The notes beneath the pieces were generated by a model. The model was not told the DNA's origin and ran no database searches. It saw only the letters and a program-made list of their open reading frames with translations. 64,000 nt of DNA. Source: the human T2T-CHM13v2.0 reference genome, Homo sapiens. Where the stretch lies: assembly GCF_009914755.1 (NCBI RefSeq), contig NC_060936.1; one strand, given 5' to 3'. Numbering within the stretch: the stretch's first letter is position 1; the number at the start of each line of letters is the position of its first letter. This document shows positions 1 through 13,116 of the stretch, piece after piece. The position numbers and the translations under genes were made by a program.

Positions 1-685
1 TAGCACCAAGTCCACAAGTGAAGGACACACTCCCCAGTAAGACTATACTCACTTCCGATGCTAGCCACAAGCTTGAGGGTGTCCAGGCCACTCACACTTC
101 TGACCAACTGGCTGAAAATTCAAGAGTGCATGACTCTTGAAAGGGGCTGGATAATTTGCTAGAATGACTCAGAGAATACAGGAAATAACTATACCTAGAG
201 TTATAGTTTTATTACAAAGGATACAAAATCAGGACTAGCCAAAAGGAGAGACACATAAGGCTGAGGTCTGGGAAGGTCCCGAACACAAAGCTTCCGTGCC
301 TCTCCCCACGGAATCGGAGTACATCACCCTCTTGACACATCAGTGTTTTTGGTCATCAGGAAGCTCCATTAGTTTTGGTGTCTAGATTTTTTATTGGGGT
401 TACATTGCATAGCAATGATGGATTGAATCATGGACCACATGGTCAAACCTGGTCTTCATCAGCCACCCCTCCCAGTGGTTAGGCTGTCTCGAAGCCTCAA
501 ATGTCTAACTGTGTGATTAGTGTTTCTGGTTGACCAGCCCCCATCCTGAGTCACCTCATCTCTTACCATAAACTCAGGTATGGTCTGAGAGGCTCATGAG
601 TAACAAAGACTCCTATTGCTCAGGAAATTCCAAAGATTTAGGGTTTCCCATTTAGAAACCAGAGACAAAGCCCAGCCAAATTCCT
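1..685. mobile_element. MER21-family LTR (MER21B/C-like), truncated by the window start
   Basis: Motifs ACTTCTGACCAACTGGCT, GATAATTTGCTAGAA, TTTATTACAAAGGATACAA and GGAAATTCCAAAGATTTAGG resemble the recalled MER21 consensus. Confidence 0.65.
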
Positions 686-688
686 TCC

Positions 689-996
689 TTTTTTTTTTTT
701 TTTTTTTTTTTGAGATGTAGAGACAAGGTCTTGCTCTGTCATCCAGGCTGGAGTGCGATGGTACAATCATAGCTCATTGCAGCCTTGGACTCCTAGGCTC
801 AAGCAATCCTCCTGCCCCAGCCTTCTGAGTACAGGCATGCACCACAATGCCTGGGAAATTTTTTTTTTTTTTTTTGTAGAGACAGAATCTCATTATGTTG
901 CTCAGGCTGGTCTTTAACTTCTGGCCTGAAGCAATCCTCCTAACTTGGCCTCCCAAAGCACTGGGATTACAGGCACAAGCCACCACAGAGCCAGCC
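689..996 (-). mobile_element. AluJ-type SINE
   Basis: Poly-T tail at 689-711, two arms with T-rich linker, AluJ-like GGCTCAAGCAATCCTCC, diverged. Confidence 0.92.
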
Positions 997-1339
997 TCTC
1001 ACACTCTTTACTATGCCACACAGGCATTGCTTCATGTGAAATATAAAATTCCCTTAATAAAGCATCATCACACCCACTTAGAAATGAAGACATTGTGGGT
1101 ATTCTGAGATAATACAAGAATTGAGCCCTTGTTTTCTTGAACCCATGTTTTTATTTAATTTTCTTTTCTTACTATACCCCAATACTTACCTCTAATGAGA
1201 AAGCTACTTTGTTGCAAATAACTGCCTCAGTCACCTCCATCTCTAACTGGCAAGTCCCAATTATTCTACACTAAAGGAATTATCAATTTTAGTGAGGGAA
1301 TTCCACTCCTTTTGTCTTGTGGAAGATTCTAGGAGTTAA

Positions 1340-1480
1340 AAGTTCTGAGTTGCAGTCCCAGGTCTGCACATTAGGTCAGTTGGATGCATCCCCTTACCTC
1401 TGGACTCAGTTTCTTCATCTGAAAAACAGCTAGCCTAGACTGACTGCCACAGAGGATCTTGTGAGCTCTGAAAGTTTCAG
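1340..1480 (+). mobile_element. MIR/MIR3 fragment
   Basis: MIR core CTCAGTTTCTTCATCTGAAAA. Confidence 0.6.
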
Positions 1481-1589
1481 AACTCACTGCCGCTCAGCTT
1501 TGCAATGTGGAAATATCACTTGCCATTGGGATGGCCTGGGAAAATTAAGAATACTTTCCAACAGAGGAAATCTACACCCAGAAATTCCC

Positions 1590-2260
<671 letters not shown>

Positions 2261-2504
2261 AAACTATCCTATAATAGAGGGAATAAATGTCCAGCCTAAT
2301 TTAAGCCTTGAAGTTTTTGATTGAATGAGCAACTGGATGGCTGTATATCATTCCTTCTATTAAAATGTAAGCATTTTAGGGACAAGGCCGATGGATGCTT
2401 CTAAATCCTGGTACCTAATGTTGGGTACACTCCAGTTTCTCAATAAATTCTCTTTAACAAATAGTTATTGGTAGCTACGGACGCTGGTAGCAGGGGCTTA
2501 CAAA

Positions 2505-2740
2505 CTAAAACTCACACTTATTAAGTGCTTCCTATGTGCCAAGCACTGTTCTAACTGTTACTAGGATAAATTAGTTAATTCTGATAATCAACGTTTGTAA
2601 AAACATCCTCATTTTGCAGATGAGAAAACAAGGGCACAGAGAAGCTAAATAACTTTTCCATCCCAAAGTTTGTACAGGTATTAAGTGGTAAAGCCAGGTT
2701 TCAAATGCCAGCAATCTGCTCTCAGCTACTGTATCATGCC
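2505..2740 (-). mobile_element. MIR, near full length
   Basis: TATGTGCCAAGCACTGTTCTAA...CATTTTGCAGATGAGAAAAC. Confidence 0.8.
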
Positions 2741-3739
2741 TGTGTTGGAAAAGGAAGAAACGCAGGATCTTACCCTTCAACTCAAACCACTTAAAACGGG
2801 ATAAAAGTAATATTTGTGAAAAGAATGTCACATCATCTGACTTTTTGATTCTAAAGTTCAGTTAGACCAGATATATTAAGTCAGATATTAAATTTTTTTA
2901 AATGTTTCTGTGCAACAGATATTGTGGAAAGGAAATAGTGTGCATAATCTCATTTGATTTTCAAATAAACTCTAGATACAGGGGCTATGACTATAATTCC
3001 CATTGGAACTGAGATTCAGAGAGGCTAAGTAACTTGCCTCAACTTGCCCAGCCAGAAGGAACAAGGTGTACCCAGTTGATGTGAATGCAGGCCCTGTCCA
3101 CTCCACTATTCAACTCTAAAGCCAGTTTATCCACAACCCGAGACAGAACACCAAGGTACTGTGGCTCAGCGTTTCATATATTTTAAGGCTTTATGTCCAC
3201 TGGAGATCTGTGGCCGAGTCCAGACATAGCCTGGAGCCAAGAAGGTGTCTGCCTCAGTTGATAAGTTCCTTCCAGCCCTCGTATAGACAGCCAAATGCCT
3301 CACACCCTCCCCTGGCTCCTGGAGGAATGACTTTCACACTAAAGGGAGGTGGAGACGGTTCTTATCTTGACACTTCAAAGAAAGCCTTCCCCCTTGACAT
3401 CTTCCTGCCCTAAATGGTGCTGATGTGGAAACCTGGTGATGAAGGGTTTGCCTCTTTCCTTTGATCCTTGGGCAAGCTGGGCCATTCCTGCTCTTCCAGG
3501 CCTCAGGAATGCTGGCCCCACTCGCTCAGCTTCTTGCTTCCTATAATATTTACAGCTTTAGATGGCTCCTTCACTTTTTCAGTTTTATCCAAAGTCAATT
3601 GCCAGGGGGGTAAGAACCAAAAAGAAAAGAACTCTGCATCTGGCGGCAGAGTATAAACAGTTTAATCAGCTGGATGGTTCTGAGGTTGTCAGATGCTTTT
3701 ACTACTCATGATCTAACTCTGGGCCTAAACTTTCGTCCC

Positions 3740-3885
3740 TAATTTTGGTGTCATGGACCCCCATCATAATCTGTTGATAGCTATAGACACTCTCTCTGTT
3801 TTTAAATTGTGCACAAACAGTGAAATCTGTGAATGCAATTTCAAAGAGCTCACAAGCCCTCTGAAGCCAATCCCTGGATTTCTCA
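3740..3885. mobile_element. hAT-Charlie-like MITE fragment
   Basis: GTCATGGACCCCC..AATCTGTTGATAGCTATAGAC..AATTTCAAAGAGCTCAC resembles small hAT MITEs; family uncertain. Confidence 0.4.
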
Positions 3886-3944
3886 GAGGGTTTGTGGATT
3901 CAGATTAATAATGCTTCCAAGCACAACTACTGCCACTCAGAACA

Positions 3945-4170
3945 GGACAATAGTTACACATGCTGTTCTGGAGTTAGACAGACCTGAGTTGGAATCCTTG
4001 CTATCACTGTTTCTTCGTACCTTAGTCAAATTACTCAACCTTTATGGCCCTCAATTTCTCCTCTGTACAATGAAGATGGCTCTAGCCCACGTCTCATACA
4101 GTTGCCGTGAGAATTACATGAGTTAATGGATGTAATATGTTTAGCATATGTATTAGTGGTAGTAATAGCT
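3945..4170 (+). mobile_element. MIR
   Basis: CTGGAGTTAGACAGACCTGAGTTGGAATCC, CCTCAATTTCTCCTCTGTACAATG, GTGAGAATTACATGAG. Confidence 0.8.
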
Positions 4171-5689
4171 CTGTTGGTGAGTACCATTTTTGCACATGAT
4201 TTCCTGCTTCTTCAGATGCTGTCCCAGTAAAGAGACCTTCAGGAGAAGAGCTACTTTATGAACACAGGCCCCAGTTTTTTCATCTGACAAACGGGTTTGT
4301 CGTAACACCTGTCCTGCCAATGCACAGACTTAATCAGAAAGCACAACCAAGCTAAAAGAAAGGAGAGTGCTCTGTTAATTACAGATGCCATAAATGTGTG
4401 GCTCTGAGATCATTATCATTCTGTTTGATGGGAAGTTTTGTGGGTCTTGAGTTGGGGGTCTTCCAGATACTTGATATTTCAGGGAGATGGGACCAAGAGG
4501 GCTAGCTTCTTGGTGAATTACTAACCCTAAATTTCTTTCATGATGCTAATTAATATTTTACAAATTCATCAACTCAAACTCATAAAAAGTTATTCTCTGT
4601 TGATCTCCTGGAGGGAGGAGATAAGATGGATATAAAGGAATTCATTCAAAGTGCAAAAGAAAGGGGAGAGAGATATTGAGTCAATATGTTTATCTGAGCC
4701 CGTGAACCCAACTCAGCCCAGCTAAGCATTTTGACAGAAGGTTACAAAGCAAAAATGCTGGTGAAGAAAGAAGAGTGATCCATAAAGGAGGAAATTCTGA
4801 TCCCTGGAATTAACCCAGCATCTCTCCATTCCTCCTTTTGCATGACAGGCACTCTTGTAGAGCCTGGAGAAATCAGTCTGAACGAGGCTCTGGCTTGGCT
4901 CTAAGGAGCGCTGAGATGAATAAGAATAATAGCAGCAATCATAGCAGACATCATGCTGTGCTCTTTCTAGTCGCCAATCACTTGCCAATATGTGCAGAAC
5001 ACCTACTATGTATCAGGTAATGAAATCAAGCTCCTTCTCTTTCCTTGGCTTCCTGGAAGCTGATGGAGTCCTTTTATCTTTGCCATGAATGCAGGAGACA
5101 AGTTAAAGATGATACCAGACAAAGAGTCATAGAAAAGCCAGCCAGGTGAGGAGGAGAGAGGGAGCTGTCAGCTGACAAAATTTAGAGAGCCCTTGTTCAT
5201 CCAGTTCAGCAAAGACACAGTTTCACCATCCACATCATTAGCAGACAGCTGCATGGGGTTGCAGGTTAATTTATGGCCCGGAGATTGCTGCCTGTGGCAT
5301 AATTCACCCAAGGAAGTAAGGCCTAGGTCAATATATGTTTAAGTAAAAAGGTTCTGGAAAGCCCCAAGGGGTCAAGCTGAGAAAGCAGCCTCCTATAGCC
5401 AAGACAGGAGATGCTAGGAGAAGCAAGAGTGGAACAGACAGTAGGAAGGGAAGGAAGGCGGTGAGAACCATCTAGACTCAGTAAATACAACTATTTTAGT
5501 CCAACTGCAGCCCTGTAGCAGGGTAAGAACAGGAGAGGCCAATGGAAGGAACTCATAGTTCATCTGCCTGTTTTCTTTCATTTAATCTATTTAACGCACT
5601 TAATGGAGTCAATGTTGTTTGAACATGTATGGATTTAGCATACTTAATATGTTTATTTATTGTATCAAGGGAACAAATGACAAGATCAC

Positions 5690-5932
5690 ATATATATATA
5701 TATATATATATATATCTTCATCCACCCATCTCTTTCTCTATCTCTCTGTCATATCTGTTATATCTATCTATCCATACATCCATACCTCTCTCTGTTTTTC
5801 TCTTTCTATCATATTCATGTCATCATTATCTATTTACCTATCCATCTCTCTCTCTATCCATCCTCTCTCTCTTTCCATCATATCCATGTCATCATTATCT
5901 ATCTATCCACTGTCTATCTATCTATCTGTCTA
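5690..5932. repeat. (TA)n microsatellite followed by a degenerate (TCTA/TCCA)n tract
   Basis: Pure TA run 5690-5715, then TATC-rich repeats. Confidence 0.9.
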
Positions 5933-6084
5933 GAAAAAGATAAATAGTGCAGTGATAGAAATAAATAGCTGGTACAATAAAATTTTGATCTGTGCAATTT
6001 TGTCAGATTCTTTCATAGTTTTTAGAAAACTCTTAGAAAGGTATAATATTGATCTATTTACACACACACATTAGTTGTTGCTAA

Positions 6085-6205
6085 TTAAATCACTTAAGCA
6101 CTGCACTAAGTTTTATGTGTAGCATCTCATCTGATTGCTAACAGCAATCCTGCAAAGCATATAGAGTTAGTCCCATTCGAAGATGAGAAAACCGAGGCTC
6201 AGAGA
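6085..6205 (-). mobile_element. MIR fragment
   Basis: CCCATTCGAAGATGAGAAAACCGAGGCTCAGAG. Confidence 0.75.
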
Positions 6206-7148
6206 AGAGGTTTTTCTGCCACTTAAATTCTCTGCCTCATCCTTGCCCCATCTGCATCATGGGTATTAAACTGTCTGACTTTAGGCATCCTGGAGCTTCT
6301 CTCAGATTTCCAGCTTCATATTCTCTAAAATGAGAGTTTGCAGGGCAGTAGAGATAGATGGACTTGGATAAGGAGTAAGTGATTTTCCTACGAATTTACA
6401 TCACTTTGTTCAAGATGCTCCACAATGCAAGAAACCATTTGACTTTGGGGCACTCCTAGAAAATTCTCTGTAAGTGGTTAAGCTGGGTATAACAGAAGCT
6501 AAAGGTTACCGTGTGTCTACCATGTTCTTGAACCAGAAACCAGTAATTTTAACCACCAGCCTACAGACCTATTTTTTAAAGGTTAATTAGAGAAGTTGGG
6601 AGGGCAATAAGAATGAAGTCTGCAGCTATTATTACTCCATGTGACAGAACAATACATTGTCACAGAAAGTTTTCATCATTCTTAATTTCCAAACCAGGAC
6701 ACCTTCCAGATCTAGCAACTTAGCTTCATCCTTCAGAATTTAAACATCTACAGATCTTCTCTTCATCCCTCTTATCAGCATGAATCTGGATGCCCTTATC
6801 ATTTCTAGGTAGTTCTGGCAGCACATCTTTGAGGTTCCTTATATGGTTTCTCTTGCTAGAAGTTTCTGGAACTAGGGTTTGAACATCATCCTATAAACTA
6901 AAACAATTATTTACAATACAAATTTATTTCCTTTCCTTATTCCAATCCACTGGACAGCTAAAATTTGGGAAATCAAACCACAATGTGACTGAGCTTGGAG
7001 AAAGCATTGCTAGTCCCATTCCCATTACATGAAGAAAATCGTAGCCACAGATTAAATCCTGCCTGTCTTGACTCTTCAGATGGAACATGGAATATAAGGC
7101 AGGCATTTTTCCAGAATCAGAATTTAAGACCCAAGACTGACTCACTGC

Positions 7149-7342
7149 TACGGTTTCGAGATTTCATAAACAAAAATAAAAGATGCTGGGTAAGCTTAAA
7201 TACAAATAAATGGTCATTAAATTGTAAGTGTCAGTGTATCTCATGTAATATTTGGGACTCCATTTATACTAAACACATTCGCTTTTTAATTATCCAAAAC
7301 TCAAATTTATCTGGGTGTCCTGTATTTTACCTGGCCATCTTA
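7149..7342. mobile_element. MER53 palindromic MITE (diverged)
   Basis: TCAAATTTATCTGGGTGTCCTGTATTTTACCTGGC and ATATTTGGGAC..TTATACTAAA match the recalled MER53 consensus. Confidence 0.7.
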
Positions 7343-7479
7343 GTTGGATCAAAAGCTTGAACATGGGTGTGGATTTAGAAAAAAATTATGGAAGAATGAT
7401 CAAGTATAGACGATTGGGTAGACCCATCCCAAATATTTCAGGTTGGATAGTGTGAGCAGACTGTTCTTGTGGCTATGAA

Positions 7480-7770
7480 AATAGCTAACGCTGATAAAAG
7501 CAATTCCAGGCATGAAGCTCTATGATAAGCACCTCATATGGAAGTTCTCTGTGGACTCCTTGAGATGGGCACTATGAATATCCCATTGTGCAGAAGGAGA
7601 AACTGAGATCCAAATATCTTGCAATCAGTAAGTAGATTTTACTAAGGCTGGAGCATTTTAGGAAGCAATGAGCCCTTGACATTTCTTACAGAGGCACAGA
7701 GATGAGAGATGACTTGCCTGGGGTCCCACACTAGTCTTCTACAGAGCCAAGATTCTGACCCTAAGTCTGC
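7480..7770 (-). mobile_element. MIR fragments
   Basis: TATCCCATTGTGCAGAAGGAGAAACTGAG and GAGGCACAGAGA..GACTTGCC. Confidence 0.6.
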
Positions 7771-7954
7771 CTTTATCACTCCTCTCTAATTCCTTCCAAA
7801 TCCCTACCAATGTTCTACTAGCTTTGATCCAACTCAGGTTCGACTGAGCCAGCCTTAGAGAAATTGAATTTCCTTAATAGGTTTCCCTAGACAAATCACT
7901 TGAGAACCAGGAAAACTCAAAGAGAGAAATAGGTGGAAGCTAGGAGCCCTCGAT

Positions 7955-8370
7955 TCTCCTTCTGGCTGTGATACAAATAGGTTGTATGAACTTGAAAAAT
8001 CCCTTGCTCTCTCAGACCCTCAGTATGGGGTCTGGAAAAATAAGGGGGACATACTCAATAGCCCTCCAAGTCGCTTCTGTGGTTGCACTCTGCGATGCTA
8101 AGATGCTCTGTCTCCTGCAAACTCCGGCATTGGAGCCTTGCCCTCACACACCAAGCATCTTAGGTTGATACAATAGACAGCAGACAAATCCCATTACAGA
8201 CCACTCTGTGAGTCTCCACTTTGTCACTGACTGTTATGTGACCTTAAATAGGCATTCTCCGCTAATCTCCCCGGGCCTGGCCTCTCCTATTAGCAGCTGG
8301 AGACAAGGATATTTACCTGTAATAAAGCTCTTTGAGCTCCTCAGATAAAGAGCTTTGCAGTAACAATGCT
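7955..8370 (+). mobile_element. Two diverged MIR fragments
   Basis: CTCTCTCAGACCCTCAG..TCTGGAAAATAAGG and TGTGACCTTAAATAGG. Confidence 0.5.
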
Positions 8371-8929
8371 CAAAGTGGATTTTTTTTTTAACGGACCTGC
8401 ACACCAGCTTTGTTTTGTGTTTTGCGTGTCTCTCCCCGCCCCAACACTCCAGAGAAGTGCAAATTTTGCTTGCCTTCCAGGTTTTCTCTGGGTTAATTCA
8501 TTTGTTTGCTTCCGAGTTCGAATAGGTCTTTCTTCTAGACTAGAGGTTCCTAGACTTTCTCAGTTTAGGGTGATTTTAGTATCTTAGTATCTTTTTTCAT
8601 AAAGTCCATAACAATTCTGTTTATGAAGTCATTCACTCCAAAACTATTTAATATGTAAGTCCTAGCAATTTAGCACTGTTTGAAGAAGAATACCATGCAT
8701 TGAAAGAAAAAATATTATATCATACTTAAATAAGCTGATTTACAGAGTAATGAGATATGGGGACCTGTTGGATACCATGGTTTCTCAAACCTTGGAATCA
8801 GATTGGTCACCATCACTTTAATTTTCTGTTCCACATTGATTTTCATGAGACACTTTTTTCTTTTAAAACACAGTCACTTGCAAAAAATCCAGCTTCTCAA
8901 GCAAGACAAGGAATTATCTAATGGATATA

Positions 8930-9400
8930 GTGAAAGTAGATGGTGTAGGCCCATTCCATTCTATCTCTCCTGATAAATACAACTAGAATCTCTAAGAAAG
9001 AAACAGAAAGGCACTATCAGAAGACTCTGAAAGGTAGAGAAAAGAAAGTAGATTAGCTAGAAACCTCAGCCTTCTATATGTCTAAACTTGGACACTAGAA
9101 TATCCTGCAGCCCAGAAACACCAATGGATGCAGACCAAATTAATGGTCCCCCCACCCCGCAAAACACCCTACTCTTCTAGTCAAGGGCCTAGACAAAGGG
9201 CAGAACCTTTTTGACTGTACCTGCTCTAATCTAGGTGAACTCCATTAAAGATGTCCCATCCTTCTCTCTTCCCACTAAGTGCTGTAGAGATGATGGGGAA
9301 GCAGCCTGGTGACCCTCTCTGCCCTACGCAAGAGTGCTTCCATATTTGTATAGGAAGCATTCCTTCCTCTTTCCACCAGGTGATGTGATGACCGGGGTGG
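8930..9400 (+). mobile_element. Possible old L1M (L1MC-type) 5' region fragment
   Basis: GAAGACTCTGAAAGGTAGAGAAAAGAAAGTAGA..CTAGAAACCTCAG resembles a recalled L1M 5'-end consensus. Confidence 0.4.
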
Positions 9401-9676
9401 AGCCCTGCTGACCTTCCTGCTCTGTGTTAAAGCTAGCAGAGATAATGCCCTTCCCATCCTTACAAAAAAAACAGAGTTTTTGTATAACCATCCCCAAATG
9501 ATGAAAAAGATATGGTACACCATTCTCCCCCAAATAGAAGGTAAAGAAGGGAGAGGATTACAGAGAGCCTCAAAAGAAAGTCTATTGCTCATATTATAAT
9601 TCTATATTTGGACTGGAGATGTAGGGGAAAGGAAAATATTGAAGACTTGTGGGTGAAGGAGAATGAAGCAAAATTG

Positions 9677-9970
9677 TCTTTTATAAAATGGACATAAAAT
9701 AATTGTACATTTTTATGAGGTAGAGTGTGGATATTTTGATTCATGTATATAATGTGTAATGATCGAATCAGGGCAATTAGCATATCCATCACCTAAACAT
9801 TTATCATTTCTTTGTGCTGGAAACATTCAAAATTTTCTCTTCTAGCTATTTGAAAATCTACAATAAATTATTGTATGACCCTATAGAGTCATAGAACACC
9901 AAGACTTATTCCTCCCAGCTATGTAATTTTGTATTGGTTAAACAACCTCTCTCTATCTCCCCTGCCACCT
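9677..9970 (-). mobile_element. L1MA 3' UTR fragment
   Basis: ATAATTGTACAT..TGTGTAATGATCGAATCAGGG..TCTTCTAGCTATTTGAAAAT, typical of an L1MA 3' end. Confidence 0.85.
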
Positions 9971-10104
9971 TATAACTGTCTTTGAGGATTTTTTTGCTTC
10001 CAATCATGATTAGTAGTAATAATAACAACCACTCTTTATGGACTACAGCCTGAGTGCTCAGCATTTTCAATATATAATCAATTCACCTCCTTTATTATTT
10101 TTGC

Positions 10105-10195
10105 TGGAGTGTATTCTCTACCTAGAATGGTGCCTGGCATATCATGGGCACCCAAGTATTTGCTGAATGGATGAATGAATGAATGAATGAATGGT
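10105..10195 (+). mobile_element. L2 3' end with (TGAA)n tail
   Basis: CCTAGAATGGTGCCTGGCATA...TTTGCTGAATGGATGAATGAATGAATG. Confidence 0.8.
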
Positions 10196-10289
10196 CACAT
10201 ATTTCAGTTAATTAGGAAACAGCTAGTTCTTCATTAAGGAAGACACTTTATTTGCTAGAATATTAACTATGTTTCTATATTTTCTGCAT

Positions 10290-10450
10290 GTCTGAAAGGC
10301 ACTTTTACCATCACCTACATTTGTATGTAGGCACCACTGCAATCTGGGATGTATTCATTGTCATCAACACATTATATGGATGGAGAAACTGAAACTAAAG
10401 AGGATGAATGACTTACTTAAGGTTACACAACTTCTAAGGGAGAGAGTCTA
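10290..10450 (-). mobile_element. MIR fragment
   Basis: GGATGGAGAAACTGAAACTAAAGAGG..GACTTACTTAAGGTTACACA. Confidence 0.65.
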
Positions 10451-10689
10451 GAACTTTTTTCTATCAAAATGAGCCCCTTGTAACAGAAAATATGGCATAT
10501 TTTAAATGTTTACAACTCAAAAAATATTTACACAAAAATGCAACACAGACCAATCATGCTATATACAAAATAATTAATCCTTATGTATTACAAATGTTTA
10601 GAAAAGGCACACCTGTTTAAGGTTTATGGAGTCAGTACATCTATGTAAATCTATGGTGAACCTTATTTTAAGATAATGACAAAAGTTTA

Positions 10690-10945
10690 AATTTGAGGCT
10701 TTATTGAGGTAAAATTACATGCTATAAAATGCTTAGATCTTAAGTTTACAGTTCAATGACTTTTGATCAATGTTACACTCAAGTAACCAACGTCCCAATC
10801 AAGATTTAAATCATTGCCACTGCCCTACAAAGTTTCTCCATGTTTCTCCAGCCTGTCCATCCACCCCTGCCTCCCAAAGGCAACCACTATTCTGACTGTT
10901 ATTCCCATAGACTATTTGCTGACCTTGAATTTCATAGAAATGACT
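10690..10945 (-). mobile_element. L1MB/L1ME 3' end fragment
   Basis: CTTTATTGAGGTAAAATTACA..AAGTTTACAGTTCAATGA..GGCAACCACTATTCTGACT. Confidence 0.8.
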
Positions 10946-10984
10946 TTTTGCACTCAACACATAGTATTGTATATACAGTACTTA

Positions 10985-11148
10985 TTTCAATGGCTATCCT
11001 CTGTTTTAATGTTTATGGATTTCTCTATATTTATCACATTCTTATTTATGGCAAGTCAAAATTTACTTAATTAAAAATAATATTCAGTCAATTATAGTGT
11101 AGGTGGTGTGTAGATGAGGATGATAGATTGGTGCTTGAGAAACACTGA
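10985..11148 (-). mobile_element. MER113-like hAT-Charlie fragment
   Basis: TCTTATTTATGGCAAGT...GTAGGTGGTG...TTGAGAAACACTG terminus. Confidence 0.5.
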
Positions 11149-11151
11149 ATT

Positions 11152-11380
11152 CTGGCATGGTATTTAAGAGCACAGAGCCCATGCTCACAGATCCCTGGAT
11201 CTCGACCACTCACTAGCTAATTGACTGGGTAATACACCAAAGCTTTAGTTTTCTTATCTGTAAAATGAGATCTGACTAATCCTCATAGGATTGCTGTGAG
11301 AATAAGATAATCTAACACAATGAAAGCTTTAACTCAATGTGTGACACACGCCAGTGGCTCAATATATAGCAGTTCTCATT
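11152..11380 (+). mobile_element. MIR, near full length
   Basis: TTTAAGAGCACAG, TTAGTTTTCTTATCTGTAAAATGAG, CCTCATAGGATTGCTGTGAGAAT. Confidence 0.85.
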
Positions 11381-11939
11381 AGATTAGGATGGTACGTGGT
11401 TAAATTATTAGGATTTTTCTTTTTAGCCTTACCGCTAGTATGACAACTACAGACTACTACTTTCTGGACTACCTCCTCCTGCTTCCCTTTGGGATGAGCT
11501 CATAGTGCCCTCCACTGGAAAATTAGAGGGGCATTACTGGAAATGACCACTCCAGTGGTCCTTAGAGATACAGAAATTCCTCAAATTATAGGCATTCTTC
11601 TTATGCCCAAGTTGTCAATTAAAGGGATATTTGTGTTTAATGTATTTTTTTCAGTGTTTTACTATATAAGTCAAATTTCCCGCTTTGGCTGGAAGCTGGA
11701 AATCTGGCGCTTCTCCCTTCCCTTTACACCCGAAATTTCTCTTTGAGCTCCTCTCTTGTGTATGTCCTTATTTCTACTGCTTTGAATCTGAGTCTCGCTG
11801 CTTGAAATCATGTAAAAGTCTCTCCATCTCTAATCTTAACTTGCTCACTCATCTTACCCAGCGCAATGGTTTGGACTTTCAAAATGCAACACTCATTGGG
11901 CCCCTCCTTGTTTGAGACTTATTTTAGGGCCACGGTATC

Positions 11940-12200
11940 CAAAGCCTTGGAGGGGCTGTCTCTTGGTTCCCCTCCCATCACTCTGCCCCTAGAACTTCAA
12001 ACTCCATTCCGTAACTCCACAACATTGAACTACTTGGAGCTTCTTTCACTTTTTGCTTTGTTTCTCTGTCCCCTTAAATGTGCCATTCCCTTGACCTAGA
12101 AGCTTTTCTTTCTGATTGTTTGGCAAACTTCTTTCTATCTATCACAACCCTACTTAGCTATAACTTCTGTAAAGATATCCTCACTATCACTCTCTTTCAT
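11940..12200 (+). mobile_element. L2 fragment
   Basis: ATTGAACTACTTG..TGCCATTCCCTTGACCTAGAA..TGGCAAACTTCT. Confidence 0.5.
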
Positions 12201-12274
12201 CCCTTACTACTTCTTACTACTTCTACTGGTTCAGTTATTGCAGAATTTGATGATTATGTGTTTTATGCTGGCAA

Positions 12275-12425
12275 TTAGCACAGATCAGAAACTATTAAAA
12301 TTGTACTTCATTTATTCCTCACAATATCCCTCTGGGTTAAATTGCTGTTATTATTCCCCCATTTTACAGATGAGAGGTATAGAAACACTAAGTCACTTCT
12401 CCAAGGCCGCATAACTTCATAGTGA
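12275..12425 (-). mobile_element. MIR fragment
   Basis: CCCCATTTTACAGATGAG. Confidence 0.7.
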
Positions 12426-12692
12426 GCTCCATGACTAGATAAATGTATTGAATGTTGGATGCCTACCTACTCTTACTGATAGGCTCAAGATGGTTGGAAG
12501 GTTTGGAAGACGTTAGATTTTTATCTTCTTCCTCTTCTGCTTCTTTCCTGGTTTGACTGGAGGAAGGAGAGCTTCAAGTCTGGACAGATCATGGCTGGTG
12601 TATAATTCAAATTTCAAATTCAATCTTCCTCAACTCTGTGGCCAAAGAATACAACTAGAATTCTTGGTGTCAGCTTTTCCATCTATACACAG

Positions 12693-12893
12693 GTAGGATT
12701 GCCAGATTTAGCGAATAAATAAAGAAGAAAAGGATGCCCAATTACATTTAAATTTTAGACAAACAATGAATAATTTTTTAGTTGAAAAACATCTTCAATA
12801 TCTCATGGGGCATAATTATGCTAAAAGAGTATTTACTGTTTATCTGAAACACAAATGTCACTAGATGTACTCTGTCGTATCTGGCAATCCTAC
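12693..12893. mobile_element. MER53 palindromic MITE inserted into a MIR
   Basis: Perfect 15-bp terminal inverted repeat GTAGGATTGCCAGAT / ATCTGGCAATCCTAC; the flanks join into a MIR core. Confidence 0.85.
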
Positions 12894-13116
12894 ACTTGGG
12901 ATAATACTACCTCTCTGGCCAGAGAATCCTGGTAGTCACTAAAGAGAGGAAGCTTACTGTATTATGCATCTGTGTTTTGCCAACTATCCAGCATTGTACT
13001 TTGCATTCATTAATGCTTGCAATCACCTTGGGTAGTGAGTGGGTATTAGCGGCATTCATTTTATAGATTTATTTTCTAAGTAAGATCTACCACTTATTGG
13101 ATTCTTACTATGTACA

